Shown here in pieces: positions 17,377 to 28,220 of a stretch of 60,656 nucleotides of DNA; position 1 is the stretch's first letter, and each line of letters opens with the position of its first letter. Both the position numbers and the translations under genes were made by a program. This stretch comes from a virus (taxonomy: Duplodnaviria > Caudoviricetes): positions 1 through 60,656 of the IMG/VR virus record IMGVR_UViG_3300021197_000990; one strand, given 5' to 3'. The notes beneath the pieces were generated by a model. The model was not told where the DNA came from. It did no database searches and worked only from the letters and a program-made list of their open reading frames with translations.

Positions 17377-20300
17377 TTAGTGAGCGTAGTATTGATACAC
17401 TGGAACACCTAATCTCTTAAGTTCTTTATCCAGCTCTTTCTTCTTAGCTTCAGTTTGTTTAATCATTACAGACAAACGACTCTGAACATTCATATCTTTT
17501 AATATGTATCTGGTTGCGTCAACAATCTGTTTACCAGTCAATGCAGTATCTCTATCTATAGCATGTACAGGAATACCTACCTTGCGCAGACCATCAATCA
17601 TATGCTTAGCTTTATTCTTAGCTAAGTCATTGAGAGTATCAGGATCTGCATCAGCAGGAAGGTTACCAGTTTGTTTTATAAACTGCTTCAAGTTCCTAGG
17701 TACTAGAGATCCATACTCATTTAGTTCTTGCTTCAACAAGTAGTCTAACATAGGGAAGTCTGATACTAAGTACTCTTTCTTAGGATCTAAAGCTTTCATA
17801 GCTTTTGCGATAATATCCATTGACTTCGCATTAGAGTTATAAGCTTGTTCCAAGTAACTCCACTTCATGTTGATGTTGTACCAGTTCTTATTAACTTCTT
17901 CTAGTGCTACATCATATCCTCGAGCATCAACTTTAAATGCATCATAGATAGTATGAACATAAGGCTTACCACCAGAAGCTGCCTTCATTCTCTCCCAAGA
18001 CTTACCAGTTACTAGTGAAGCAACTGTTGCTGCATCAGTAGCCTGTATAGGACCTGGTACTGCACCACCCATAGCTTTACCACCAGTGCGCTCATCACGA
18101 GCAGCAGCTGCAGTCTTCTTAGCAGGTGGGTAAATGTCAGTAGTACGCTTAACTTGCTTACCATCTTCATTCACGCGATACGAGATACGCTGTTCAGGTT
18201 CAACGTTAGCCTCAATGACTGTACCACCAAAGTGTAGCGGCATGCCATGAGGACCTCTGATTGTGAACGGAATATCTGCGAAAGCTGCAAGCGCAGCAGA
18301 AGATTTCATAAGTGCTCTAGACTTAATTGCATCTGCAGATAAAACGCTAACAACACCAGCTGAGTATGTAGAAAGCAATACATCAGATAGATTATTAAGA
18401 TCGTTGCTAGGACTTTCTAATACAGACTTAACACCTTCATAAGCTACGATGTAGTTAGCATTACTGTCAAGCTGTGGATACTCTAGTGCCATCTCATATA
18501 GTAAAGCAGCAGCTTCATCTATTGCAGGACCCATGCTAGAAATGTCCAGGCCGTAACCAAATGTCATAGTAGACCACTTGTTCAGGTCTCTGTGAGAAAA
18601 CACCTTACGCGCAACCTCATAGATCTTATCGACACCGACTTCATCAAAGTAAGAGGTGAACATCAGACCACCTGTTTGATCTTTAATAGTATCAAGCAAT
18701 GTATCTTGTAGCTTATCACGTAGATCACCATCATCTAACAAGTGTCTACCTTGATTACGGATAACACCAGTAGCTAAAGCAACTTCAATAGATCCCATCT
18801 GAATACCATTAGCTGCTAGACCATTAGTCTTACCATCGAAGTAAGCGTTAAAGTAAGAGTCGTACTTACCGTGCTTCTCCATAGCTGCAGTGTATTTAGA
18901 GAAGTCTATAAGACCATCTATAAAGTGTGGACCATCTTCGCCTTTAGCTTGTATCTCACGGATCAAGTCAGCATCAGCTTCAGGATCTAGTTGTAACCCT
19001 GTGAACTGAGGGAAGTTAGGATCTGTCAATGGAATACCTTGAGCAATAGCATCTGCTACAGCATCAAGTTGACTATCAGTCATACCTTGTTCTACTAACG
19101 ATCTTAATCTACGGCCCCATTTAAGTAGCTGAGGTGTTGCATTTTGTAATGCTCGCTCACGTGCTTCAGGTAGTAGCATATCACCAGCTTGATCTTTGCC
19201 TCTATAACTAACTCCAGATACGTTCTTACTAACTAACATCATCGCATACATCTGTCGTAAGTTTTTATCGATACGGCTACCCTTCCTAGCTGTCGAAGGT
19301 TCAGCCGCTCTTGTAACGAAGCGTACTGGTTTAGAGGTAGTAGCATCAAATGTAGTTTGCTGTGGAGATAATCTTCCGTTATAAGCCATAGTATAGTAAG
19401 TGAAGTAGTTCAGTGAACCACGTTCTGCTGCTATAGCTCTAGTCTCTTGAGCAACTTTATTTTGCACTGCTTGCATATTCTCTTGTGCTACATATCCATC
19501 ATCAGGATCAGATGCTTTCTCTTTAGCTATAAAGCCTTGCATCTTCTTAGGTCCCATGTTATGGATATCACCGAACACACCTGTTAATTCATTTTGAACA
19601 CCAGCAAGAACAGGCAATGCTGTCATGTAGTAGATCTTCTCACGCTGCTTGTCAACGACGTTAGCGATACTAGATAAGTTACGCTTAGCTTCTTTAAGCA
19701 TTAGAGAGTCTTTAGGTTTGATCTGACCAGACATCTCCTTAGAGTAGTTCTTTGCTTCACCTTTAGCATGCATAAGGCCAGGCGATTTAGCCGGTCTCAC
19801 TTGCTGCTTAGGGAATAACTTCTTACGAGCTTGAGCAGAAGCCGTCATTACGTCAGCACCTTCAGGAGTAAGAACAAAGTAAGTCTGTTGACCACTTGCT
19901 TGCTCACGATTGAGTAGATCTTTATTGTTAGCTGCGTATAACTCTTTAGCTGCATCACCAAGTAACGTAGCTTCTTCTATAGAAAGACGATCATTAGTTT
20001 CTTGAGCACCCATTAAACGTTGGTACTCACGATCTAACTCAAGACCAAGTTGAGCATTGCCTTTCAACTTAGGAAAAGCAGAACCTTCTTCTATTGGGAA
20101 GTCATCGGGATCAATACCTTCTTTCTTAAGTGCTTGCACAAGTACTCGTTTAGAAGACTCAAAGTTTTCAGCCATCCAGTTTTCTGTAACGACTGACATC
20201 ATACCAATAAAGTCAGGGTTGTATTGAGCTTTACCTACGTTGTCTTGCACAGCTCCAACTTTACGGAGCACAACAGGTAAACCATCTACTGTGTTAGTAC

Positions 20301-20730
20301 CTAAGAATGAAGACATACCAACTTCTTCGTTAGTTACATTCTGAATTAGGTTATTAGCACGACGGAACATACCACCTAGCCCATCACTAGTGTCAACTTT
20401 CTTATTACCTTTAGGTTTGTAAGCTCCTAAGTCTTGTTGAACACGCTGCTTAATGCTAGGTCTCTGTTGATTATCTATCTCAGCTTGAAGCTCAGGTGTC
20501 ACTGTCATATCAGCAGGTTTTGGATCTTGCACTTGACGTTGATTGATTGCGTCAACACCAGCATCTACTGATCCAACTAATTCGTCTATCGATGCCATAA
20601 GGTCTGGATCGACGCCATCGCTAGCGCCTTCCATTGTTGGCATATCAGACTGAAGTTCTTCAACAGCTGTCTCAGATAGTGTTTGGTTATTACCACCACC
20701 TTGTGCTGTAGATATATTGAACTTTGCCAT
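17377..20730 (-). CDS. Second single-subunit RNA polymerase, probably virion-encapsidated (vRNAP)
   Basis: AYNGRL (DxxGR-like), motif A FDGKTNGL, motif B RDLNKWSTMTFGYG, PGPIQATDA, motif C HTIYDAF in correct order; last large gene of the ejection-protein cluster. Confidence 0.87.
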   Translation of the reverse strand: MAKFNISTAQGGGNNQTLSETAVEELQSDMPTMEGASDGVDPDLMASIDELVGSVDAGVDAINQRQVQDPKPADMTVTPELQAEIDNQQRPSIKQRVQQDLGAYKPKGNKKVDTSDGLGGMFRRANNLIQNVTNEEVGMSSFLGTNTVDGLPVVLRKVGAVQDNVGKAQYNPDFIGMMSVVTENWMAENFESSKRVLVQALKKEGIDPDDFPIEEGSAFPKLKGNAQLGLELDREYQRLMGAQETNDRLSIEEATLLGDAAKELYAANNKDLLNREQASGQQTYFVLTPEGADVMTASAQARKKLFPKQQVRPAKSPGLMHAKGEAKNYSKEMSGQIKPKDSLMLKEAKRNLSSIANVVDKQREKIYYMTALPVLAGVQNELTGVFGDIHNMGPKKMQGFIAKEKASDPDDGYVAQENMQAVQNKVAQETRAIAAERGSLNYFTYYTMAYNGRLSPQQTTFDATTSKPVRFVTRAAEPSTARKGSRIDKNLRQMYAMMLVSKNVSGVSYRGKDQAGDMLLPEARERALQNATPQLLKWGRRLRSLVEQGMTDSQLDAVADAIAQGIPLTDPNFPQFTGLQLDPEADADLIREIQAKGEDGPHFIDGLIDFSKYTAAMEKHGKYDSYFNAYFDGKTNGLAANGIQMGSIEVALATGVIRNQGRHLLDDGDLRDKLQDTLLDTIKDQTGGLMFTSYFDEVGVDKIYEVARKVFSHRDLNKWSTMTFGYGLDISSMGPAIDEAAALLYEMALEYPQLDSNANYIVAYEGVKSVLESPSNDLNNLSDVLLSTYSAGVVSVLSADAIKSRALMKSSAALAAFADIPFTIRGPHGMPLHFGGTVIEANVEPEQRISYRVNEDGKQVKRTTDIYPPAKKTAAAARDERTGGKAMGGAVPGPIQATDAATVASLVTGKSWERMKAASGGKPYVHTIYDAFKVDARGYDVALEEVNKNWYNINMKWSYLEQAYNSNAKSMDIIAKAMKALDPKKEYLVSDFPMLDYLLKQELNEYGSLVPRNLKQFIKQTGNLPADADPDTLNDLAKNKAKHMIDGLRKVGIPVHAIDRDTALTGKQIVDATRYILKDMNVQSRLSVMIKQTEAKKKELDKELKRLGVPVYQYYAH

Positions 20731-23700
20731 TAACTTCCTCCTTTAAAATCCCATGCGTCTAGGGCTTTGTTGAACCCTTGTGTCGGGATTGAGAATAACT
20801 TAGCTGTGCCTTTGCCTAATCCTTCAGTATCACCTTTAAGTAAATCAATACCTGTACCAACTGCCATACCAGCTTTACTGATAGCAGGTGACTGACCACT
20901 TATCTCGTTGTATAACCATTCACCAGTGTTCTTAGATCTAGATTCATAGATCGGAGCAATAGTAGATGTGATACGTTCCATAGTTCCCATGAGACCTGAT
21001 GATTGAACACCACGTCTAATAAGTTCTGCGTTATCAAGATAAGGAGTTGACTCACCATATTTGAGTAAGTCTTTAAGGTATTGAGATGCGAATCCCATCA
21101 TGATCATTCCGGTCATAACAGCAAATGCATTATACTTCATAGCAGGTGAACCACGCTTAATGTACTGTTGCCAGAACTTAGGTATGTGGTTTGCTGTGAA
21201 TGTAGACATGAAACCTTGGAACTGAGTAAACAATGCGAACCGTGGATCTTGATAGAACAACGGACGGTTACCAGTTTGCGGGTTTGCAATAGCTTCGTTT
21301 ATAAAATTGTATAATGGATCTCTAATCATATCAGTCAATACACCAGTCTGCTCAGGAGATAGTGTCTCAGGATCTGCTGCTAGCAATTCCTGAAGTTCTT
21401 TTAGTTTACCTGGAGCAACAGTCATGCCTATATTTCTAAGCATCTCTTTGGCTTCCTGGACTTCATTAGTCACAGGTTGACCTTCGTTTTCTAGTATTGT
21501 ATTAATATGATTAAGCATAAAGTCAGCGCCAAAGCTAGCTCTAACTGCTCGAGTCCAATCAGTGTACTGGGTAAGACCAGTCATTCTGAAGTATAGTTTA
21601 ATTAAGTTCTGTTTAGCTGGTATGATTTCACTAACACCAACCTTACTAGCTGTACTAATATCCGGATCAAACATACCTACATTATCGGCTTGCTGATAAG
21701 AATAGTTGTTCATAAGCTTAGCTGCTTCATACTCATCGATATCAAAGTCCTCAGACTTAATTATCTCATGTAGTTCTTTAGCTAGCTGTTGACCTCTAGA
21801 CTTAACACTGTTTTTATCCTTGCCAAATATCTGTTCAGACGTAAGACCTTTCATAGTGATCATCGCCTCTGGTAGAGATGACAATGCCGCTAATGATAGA
21901 GATGTTACAGTAGTAAAGAAGATAAAGTTCTTTTGAACCTCAGCAGCTTTCTTACCTTCATCAGTAGTAGGTCTATGGTAGTTACCAGAATCAGCTTGCA
22001 AATAGTTATACATCTGCGCACCAATGTAATCTGCTTGATCTTTAGGCATGCCTTCAGCTTCAGCTTCACGTAGTAACTCTTCGATTACTTTACCGTTGTC
22101 ACCGACATACTGCTCATGAGCTTGATATCTTGCAGCTGACTTAGCAGCAGTGATAGCGTTGGCCATGATATCTTGTTCCATAAAGTCTTGGAACTCAGCA
22201 CGTTCTGATAGACCTAACGTTCTCTTCTTGTGAGCTGTCGGAACTGTACCTCTCTCGACAACATCGAATGCTTCATCAAGAGTGTTAACCATATCACTGC
22301 CTAGAATTGCTTCTGTGATCTGCACAGCTTGATCTCTTGAAATATTGCCACCATCAATACGAGTTAATCGCTCAATGAATGATGCTTTATTCTTAGAGAT
22401 TACAGACTTATTAAAACCTTTAAACTTAAGTAAGTAGTCTTCAATGTAACCTAGATCTGGATTAAACTTAGTCTGATCTGTATGCATCTCTTTACCAACT
22501 TTCTGTAAGTCTTTAACTAGACTAAGTATAAGTTGTTTTTGAGGTGTAGACTCAGGCACTAGATCTGGGTTAAACTTACCGTTCTCCATTGCATTACTAA
22601 TTACTTTATATATTTTACTACCTGGATCGCTGAAGTTGGTAAACTCACTACCACCTTGACCAAATAGCTTATAGAACTTCTCAGCTTTAGGTAAACGGTT
22701 GATATACTTTGTAGCCACATGGTGCCTATAGTTTTCAAACGCTGCACCTTCATACACTTTCTGTATACCAGCACCAAACATACCTGCTAGCTTTCTGATA
22801 GATCTATATTTAGATTGTTTATCGATAGGTAGAGTATGATGCAGATGTCCTTTAAACACCTTGCCAACCTTAGTCATAGCATTTAACGCTTGATCAACTA
22901 AAGTTCTACCTTGTTTATTTCTTTCGTTAGCTTCAAATCTTGCTTTAAGACCTGTCTTGGTTTCATCTTCCCAAAACCCTGTGCCTCTGTTGTCAGCTTT
23001 GCGTCTAGCATCTTCAGCTATCTCAAGAGTTGTAGGAACCATCTCTTCTGAACCGTAGAAACTTGCTTCTTCACGGAACATAGCTTCAGCTTCTGATCTG
23101 TTCTTAAGATCTGCTGGTGCTAATCTCCAAGCTACATCTGCCCACTGGCCTTTATCGTATACAGTAGCTGCGCCACTCATACCTGCACCAAGTGAACCAC
23201 CTGCAATTGCTGCACCAATAGCTCGTTCTTTAAGATCTTCCCAGTCCCAACCTGAGCCATCGAAGTTTGCACCTGCGTAAGCTATAGATTCTTGAAGTGC
23301 TTCCGTTACACCTTCACCCATGCCACCTTGGATAGCATTAAGAGCAAGGTCGTTGAATGTTTTCTTAGCTGTCAACTGAGATGCAGCAAGCTTAGCACTA
23401 TCTTTCGCAAGACCAGCAACCTGTCTACGAGTTAGACCTGCTAGTTTAGCTTCAGCCATATTCTTAGATATGCCTTCAGCGTTCATAAGTTTAGCCACAC
23501 CTTGTTCAAAGAACTCTTTAGGAGTGTTACCAGTGAACTTAGTAGCTAGCTTTAAACCAACCATATCTAATGCACCTTGAACTACACCAGAAGCTATAGC
23601 TGCGGCTGCTGATTTGTTGTCACCAGCTTGTTCATTATATACTTGACCAGCATAAATAGATGCAGGCACTGTAAGAGATGCACCACCAGTAGGAGCTGCT

Positions 23701-24596
23701 GCCGCTACTGAAGCCATTGTGATAGCCATGTATGGCAAAGACATTGCTAAGTTGTTTCCTAAGAACTCCATAGCTGTGCCAAATGATTTGACATCTTTAT
23801 AGTCAGTTAGTATTTCTGCGTTCTCCATGATGCGACCACGTATTCTAGCGGCACCATGTTCACCCCAGTCAGCTACATCTTCAAGACCTGTTGAGTCACC
23901 GAACATGTGAGCTATACCATAACCAGCTTCTTGTACACCACGCATTGCAGTATTCCAAGAGTCGGTTAAAGGGCTTAACGCTTTGTTATTTAAATCACGA
24001 TCTGTACTTCTAAATTGTACATTACTACTGAACATATCTTTATTGTATGCATATTCTTCTTCATTAGTAGCTGCACGCTTAAAGTTTAACCGATCATAAC
24101 CTTCAGACATCATAGACTCTAGTAGAGCCTGTCCGCCTGCTTTTAATTCTTCATCACCGTCTTTGACGATCTGATCACCAAACAGTTGAGCTACATTGTA
24201 GGCATCAATCTGGTTTTGTGTAGATGCTGGATGAAGGTCTGATACTCCAGTCTCTATGAGACGAGTAGCAAAGTCCTCACCTTTAGCATTCAATAGTTGA
24301 ACTGTTCCACGACCATGAGCAGCTTCTTGATCTAAGACTTTAACATCTGTAAAGCCTTGTTCTTTAGCTAGCTTCATTAGGTCGATAGAGGCAGCGCCAC
24401 CAGCAGTTCCCTGCTTAAAGTTAACGCTACCATCTTCGTTCTTGCCTAATATTTTAGCGATCTCTGGAGCATCAAATCCGGCGACACGGTATGTCTTACC
24501 TTGCTTATCTCGTAATGTATCTAAATCTACAAACGAGTAGTCACCATTTAATGTTGAGCTATCCATGACGGATAGTAAATCTGGATCGATGTCCAT
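20730..24596 (-). CDS. Large internal virion/ejection protein with N-terminal SNase-like domain
   Basis: VDLDTL...YRVAGFDAPE...HGR...LIETG; remainder helical with Ala/Gly-rich hydrophobic stretches. Confidence 0.7.
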   Translation of the reverse strand: MDIDPDLLSVMDSSTLNGDYSFVDLDTLRDKQGKTYRVAGFDAPEIAKILGKNEDGSVNFKQGTAGGAASIDLMKLAKEQGFTDVKVLDQEAAHGRGTVQLLNAKGEDFATRLIETGVSDLHPASTQNQIDAYNVAQLFGDQIVKDGDEELKAGGQALLESMMSEGYDRLNFKRAATNEEEYAYNKDMFSSNVQFRSTDRDLNNKALSPLTDSWNTAMRGVQEAGYGIAHMFGDSTGLEDVADWGEHGAARIRGRIMENAEILTDYKDVKSFGTAMEFLGNNLAMSLPYMAITMASVAAAAPTGGASLTVPASIYAGQVYNEQAGDNKSAAAAIASGVVQGALDMVGLKLATKFTGNTPKEFFEQGVAKLMNAEGISKNMAEAKLAGLTRRQVAGLAKDSAKLAASQLTAKKTFNDLALNAIQGGMGEGVTEALQESIAYAGANFDGSGWDWEDLKERAIGAAIAGGSLGAGMSGAATVYDKGQWADVAWRLAPADLKNRSEAEAMFREEASFYGSEEMVPTTLEIAEDARRKADNRGTGFWEDETKTGLKARFEANERNKQGRTLVDQALNAMTKVGKVFKGHLHHTLPIDKQSKYRSIRKLAGMFGAGIQKVYEGAAFENYRHHVATKYINRLPKAEKFYKLFGQGGSEFTNFSDPGSKIYKVISNAMENGKFNPDLVPESTPQKQLILSLVKDLQKVGKEMHTDQTKFNPDLGYIEDYLLKFKGFNKSVISKNKASFIERLTRIDGGNISRDQAVQITEAILGSDMVNTLDEAFDVVERGTVPTAHKKRTLGLSERAEFQDFMEQDIMANAITAAKSAARYQAHEQYVGDNGKVIEELLREAEAEGMPKDQADYIGAQMYNYLQADSGNYHRPTTDEGKKAAEVQKNFIFFTTVTSLSLAALSSLPEAMITMKGLTSEQIFGKDKNSVKSRGQQLAKELHEIIKSEDFDIDEYEAAKLMNNYSYQQADNVGMFDPDISTASKVGVSEIIPAKQNLIKLYFRMTGLTQYTDWTRAVRASFGADFMLNHINTILENEGQPVTNEVQEAKEMLRNIGMTVAPGKLKELQELLAADPETLSPEQTGVLTDMIRDPLYNFINEAIANPQTGNRPLFYQDPRFALFTQFQGFMSTFTANHIPKFWQQYIKRGSPAMKYNAFAVMTGMIMMGFASQYLKDLLKYGESTPYLDNAELIRRGVQSSGLMGTMERITSTIAPIYESRSKNTGEWLYNEISGQSPAISKAGMAVGTGIDLLKGDTEGLGKGTAKLFSIPTQGFNKALDAWDFKGGS

Positions 24597-24605
24597 AAAA
24601 ATCTC

Positions 24606-26315
24606 CTATTTGTTTTCTCTTCGGTCAACACCTAGCTTATCTGCTACGAAAACATAGAAACCACTTTCGTGATCGTTAGCCATCGCATCATACTTATCGC
24701 GAACCTCTTGATCAAGCCCAGTCCATTCTTGGATCTTCTTGTTCATAAACAGGTTAGCAATATCAGACACGTTGCCTTCTACTTTATTAAGTTTCATAAC
24801 ATCAGCAACTTTGTTATTGAGCAAAGCCATCTTGCCTGCATCAACCCATTGAGGGTTTTCAGGTGTAGAACCTTTAGCTTCAAATAACTCAGGTGTACCA
24901 GTTCTAGTACGAATAACTAGCTGATTAAGGAACGGACGAATGTCTCTTGGACGTTTGCCTGAGGCCTTAGCATAGTTACGCATATCAGCATAAGCTTGGT
25001 CTAGCAGTACACCAGCTTCATTAGGATCGATGTTATTGGCTGCTGCCCATTGACCTACATGATGTGCTGCGGTTCTAGGATTAAGATCCGTAAATGTACG
25101 TTTATCTTCACCTTCACCGAATGTACCAAACTGTTTCTGCAAAGACTTAAATGTATCTGCAGCTACTGATTGAGCTTTGTATTGACGTTCATTATATTCT
25201 TTAGAACCTTTAACTCGGTAAGGATCTGTCTCATATTGTTCAGGATTAATTGGTTTACCACCAGCAGTGACATATACTTTATTACCAGTTTTATCTTGAG
25301 CAACATAAGCTTTAATTTGCTTACCAGTCTTTTTGTCTTGAACCAACGTTGGGTTAGTTCGATCTATCTTAACTGTACTCTTAGTAATTGGTATTAAGTC
25401 TTTAGCATCACGTGACTGTTTGTAAGCTTCTATGCTGTCTGAAGTGTATTGCTTTTCTTCATGTAGCTTTTGTACTTTCTGCTTATGACCTAACTGTTGT
25501 CCTAAGTAACGCTTACCAGTCCAACGTAAAGAACCACCATGAGAGTAACCAAGAGCTCTACTACCTAAATACATGATTGCTGCTTCAGCTAGATCCTCTT
25601 CATTAAGTAAACCTTGAGCTGCATTACCTAGTGCTGTTAGAACTTTCTGGAACATACTAGGTTTTTCTTGAGCTAGATTCTCACCAGCATCCTTTTGATC
25701 TTCATCATCTACTTGATCAATGGCTGCTTCATCACTTACAGACTTCTCATCGTTTACTGTTTGTGCTAAGACATTTATTGCTTTCTGCTCTGGTTCTTCT
25801 GTCACAGGAACTTCATCAGTCTTAGGAACAACACCATTATATCGATCTCTTGAGTCACTTGTGCTGATCACACCACCAGTTAACTCTGTGATATCATCAG
25901 CTAAGTTCTCTGTAAATTGAGGTTTAAACTTCTCACGACCATCACCTACTTCAACATCTGCAAACTCATCTATATCATTATATAAAGGAACTTGCTGTTG
26001 AGGTCTAGGAACAGAGTTGGAGGTAGGTTGAAACGGCACACGACCATCACCAACATTCTCTTGTGCAAACTCATCTATATCATTATAAGTAGTCTGACTT
26101 ACAGGTTGAGCTTGTTGCTGTGGAACACCAGCGTTACTAGCCATATACTCTAGACCTTGCTGCTGCATCTGACCAACTGGCATCGTCATCAACTCCGGCA
26201 CTTGAGGCTGTGGCACTTGAGCTTGCTGAGGATCTAACATCTTTGGAATGTCAAACTCCTGAGTAATGGTGTTACCATCTTTATCTTTGACAGTCATTTT
26301 CTTTACTTGATTCAT
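24606..26315 (-). CDS. Putative internal virion protein
   Basis: Position; Q/P-rich N-terminus with duplicated YNDIDEFA...VGDGR. Confidence 0.6.
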   Translation of the reverse strand: MNQVKKMTVKDKDGNTITQEFDIPKMLDPQQAQVPQPQVPELMTMPVGQMQQQGLEYMASNAGVPQQQAQPVSQTTYNDIDEFAQENVGDGRVPFQPTSNSVPRPQQQVPLYNDIDEFADVEVGDGREKFKPQFTENLADDITELTGGVISTSDSRDRYNGVVPKTDEVPVTEEPEQKAINVLAQTVNDEKSVSDEAAIDQVDDEDQKDAGENLAQEKPSMFQKVLTALGNAAQGLLNEEDLAEAAIMYLGSRALGYSHGGSLRWTGKRYLGQQLGHKQKVQKLHEEKQYTSDSIEAYKQSRDAKDLIPITKSTVKIDRTNPTLVQDKKTGKQIKAYVAQDKTGNKVYVTAGGKPINPEQYETDPYRVKGSKEYNERQYKAQSVAADTFKSLQKQFGTFGEGEDKRTFTDLNPRTAAHHVGQWAAANNIDPNEAGVLLDQAYADMRNYAKASGKRPRDIRPFLNQLVIRTRTGTPELFEAKGSTPENPQWVDAGKMALLNNKVADVMKLNKVEGNVSDIANLFMNKKIQEWTGLDQEVRDKYDAMANDHESGFYVFVADKLGVDRRENK

Positions 26316-26324
26316 AACTATCTC

Positions 26325-27047
26325 CTATTTCATTTTGCTATCAAAGTAGCGATTAATTTTTATTCCACCAATCTCTTGATCTTCAGGTCTAACTAGCTCA
26401 TCACCTGCCGCTGTCATATCTATAGTTCTTATTTCAGGAACTTCAGCGCCGTACGGATCGCCTATGCTTGAACCATCACCCAATCCTGATTGACCATTAA
26501 CAGGTCCATCTAATCCTGGCATAGTTACCATGTTTCCACGATCTATTGCATTTATGATATCACCACCTGTTGCACTCGCTTCTGTTGTAGTGTTTCCTCC
26601 ACCAATGACTATAGGATTAACTATAGGTGGTGTTGTAGGAGGAGCAGTCACAACTGGAGGTGCTGCTGGAGGCGGAGTCGGTGTAGCTGGAGGTGTATAA
26701 ACTGGAGCCGGTGGTTGTTGAACCACTGGTACCTCGTTTTGAGGTGGACTCACAGGATCTTGTGCTGGAACTTGTGGCTTAGGATTTCTTAACCTAAAGC
26801 CAGGCTGAAAGTCAGGTATTGGATCTGCATACGGATCATCTGCTACTGGAGCTACTGGAGCTTGCTCAGCTGTCGTTGGAGGAGTTACACCAATATCCGG
26901 TTGAGGCATTGGCATACCTGTTGGAGGCATCTGCGTCTCTGGGATAGTAACTCCTGGTGTCATACCTACGTTACCAAAAGATACTTGAGGTTGTGGAATA
27001 TTGTAGACTTGTGTATACTGTCTAGACCAATCTGGATTCCAAGTCAT
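26325..27047 (-). CDS. Proline-rich, probably disordered virion protein
   Basis: ORF with AAGGAG RBS. Confidence 0.65.
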   Translation of the reverse strand: MTWNPDWSRQYTQVYNIPQPQVSFGNVGMTPGVTIPETQMPPTGMPMPQPDIGVTPPTTAEQAPVAPVADDPYADPIPDFQPGFRLRNPKPQVPAQDPVSPPQNEVPVVQQPPAPVYTPPATPTPPPAAPPVVTAPPTTPPIVNPIVIGGGNTTTEASATGGDIINAIDRGNMVTMPGLDGPVNGQSGLGDGSSIGDPYGAEVPEIRTIDMTAAGDELVRPEDQEIGGIKINRYFDSKMK

Positions 27048-27056
27048 AGTATCTCC

Positions 27057-27590
27057 TTAAATGCCTAAGACACCTTTAAATAGTGGGTTATTTTTAAAGC
27101 CATTAAACTGAGTTCCATTAGTGTTAGCCATCTGCTGAACTGTTAATGGTCCTGCTAATGGATTCACTGTGTTGCTTTGTGGAGTAATGTTAGATAGACC
27201 TTCAACTGAAGCTTGCATAGCTGGTGCTGCAGCCTTTGGAGTAACTGCATCAGCTGCAACAGAGCTTGCTGTTAGTTGCTTAGGAACATCAGGCATAGTT
27301 AGTGGATCTGTTGTAAGTGCTTTCTCAGCACCACCAGACATCATACCAGTTAGACCTTCTGTAGCTTTACCCATAAGAGTAGAACCTGCAGCTGAAGCCA
27401 ACGTGCTCTTCAAGTCTACGGTACCTTTACCACCTAGCTGTCCACCTAATGATGCACCAATCTGTCCACCTAATGGACCACCAACAGCAGTGCCAAGTGC
27501 ACCACCTGCTATAGTTCCTAGCATGCCTAGTAGTGGATCACCACCACCACCTTGTTGTATTAAAGCTGGGTTAATTTTTGCGACTGCCAT
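27057..27590 (-). CDS. Gly-rich putative ejection (pilot) protein
   Basis: Glycine-zipper GxxxG segment; coupled to the upstream gene. Confidence 0.6.
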   Translation of the reverse strand: MAVAKINPALIQQGGGGDPLLGMLGTIAGGALGTAVGGPLGGQIGASLGGQLGGKGTVDLKSTLASAAGSTLMGKATEGLTGMMSGGAEKALTTDPLTMPDVPKQLTASSVAADAVTPKAAAPAMQASVEGLSNITPQSNTVNPLAGPLTVQQMANTNGTQFNGFKNNPLFKGVLGI

Positions 27591-28207
27591 TATTTACCAC
27601 CTCCGCCTTGAGAAGTTTGAGTCTGACCTTGTGGTGCAGAACCTAAATAACCAAAGAAACGTTCAGCAGCTTTAGCTTCGCTATCAAGACCTTCTTGTTC
27701 AAGACCACGTTTAGCTTGCTCAGCGTTAGTTAAGATACCTGCAGCACGTTGTTTAGCTTGTTGATCAGCAGCAGATAATTCCATACCGCGATCTAACACA
27801 GCAGCTTCACGAGCACGATCAGCTCTTGCAGAACCTAAAGCACCTTGTTGTGCGCCTTGAATTTGACCTTCAGTGTTTCGCATAGCATTCACTAAGTTCT
27901 CAGCACCTAAGCCTTCTTGCATTGTTTGTTGTGCCATGTTACCAGTTTGGTCTAATGCATCTTGCATACCAGCAGTATCTGCTACTTGACCTAGTTTACC
28001 TGATTCATACAGACGACGAACATCGCCTAACACAGGAGTAACATGACGTTTAATATCTGGATCAATTGATGTTGATGTGGTTTGTTGTCCACCACCACCG
28101 CCACCGTTGGCGATATTCTTATTTACTACTCGAGCAACTTCTGCTGGCAAGTAGTCCAGACCAATTGATAAGTCTGTTTGTTCAAATGAGTTACCATACT
28201 TAGACAT
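27590..28207 (-). CDS. Putative ejection/internal virion protein
   Basis: GGGGG-QQTTST, GALGSARA, Q/A-rich helices. Confidence 0.6.
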   Translation of the reverse strand: MSKYGNSFEQTDLSIGLDYLPAEVARVVNKNIANGGGGGGQQTTSTSIDPDIKRHVTPVLGDVRRLYESGKLGQVADTAGMQDALDQTGNMAQQTMQEGLGAENLVNAMRNTEGQIQGAQQGALGSARADRAREAAVLDRGMELSAADQQAKQRAAGILTNAEQAKRGLEQEGLDSEAKAAERFFGYLGSAPQGQTQTSQGGGGK

Positions 28208-28220
28208 TATAATCTCCTAA

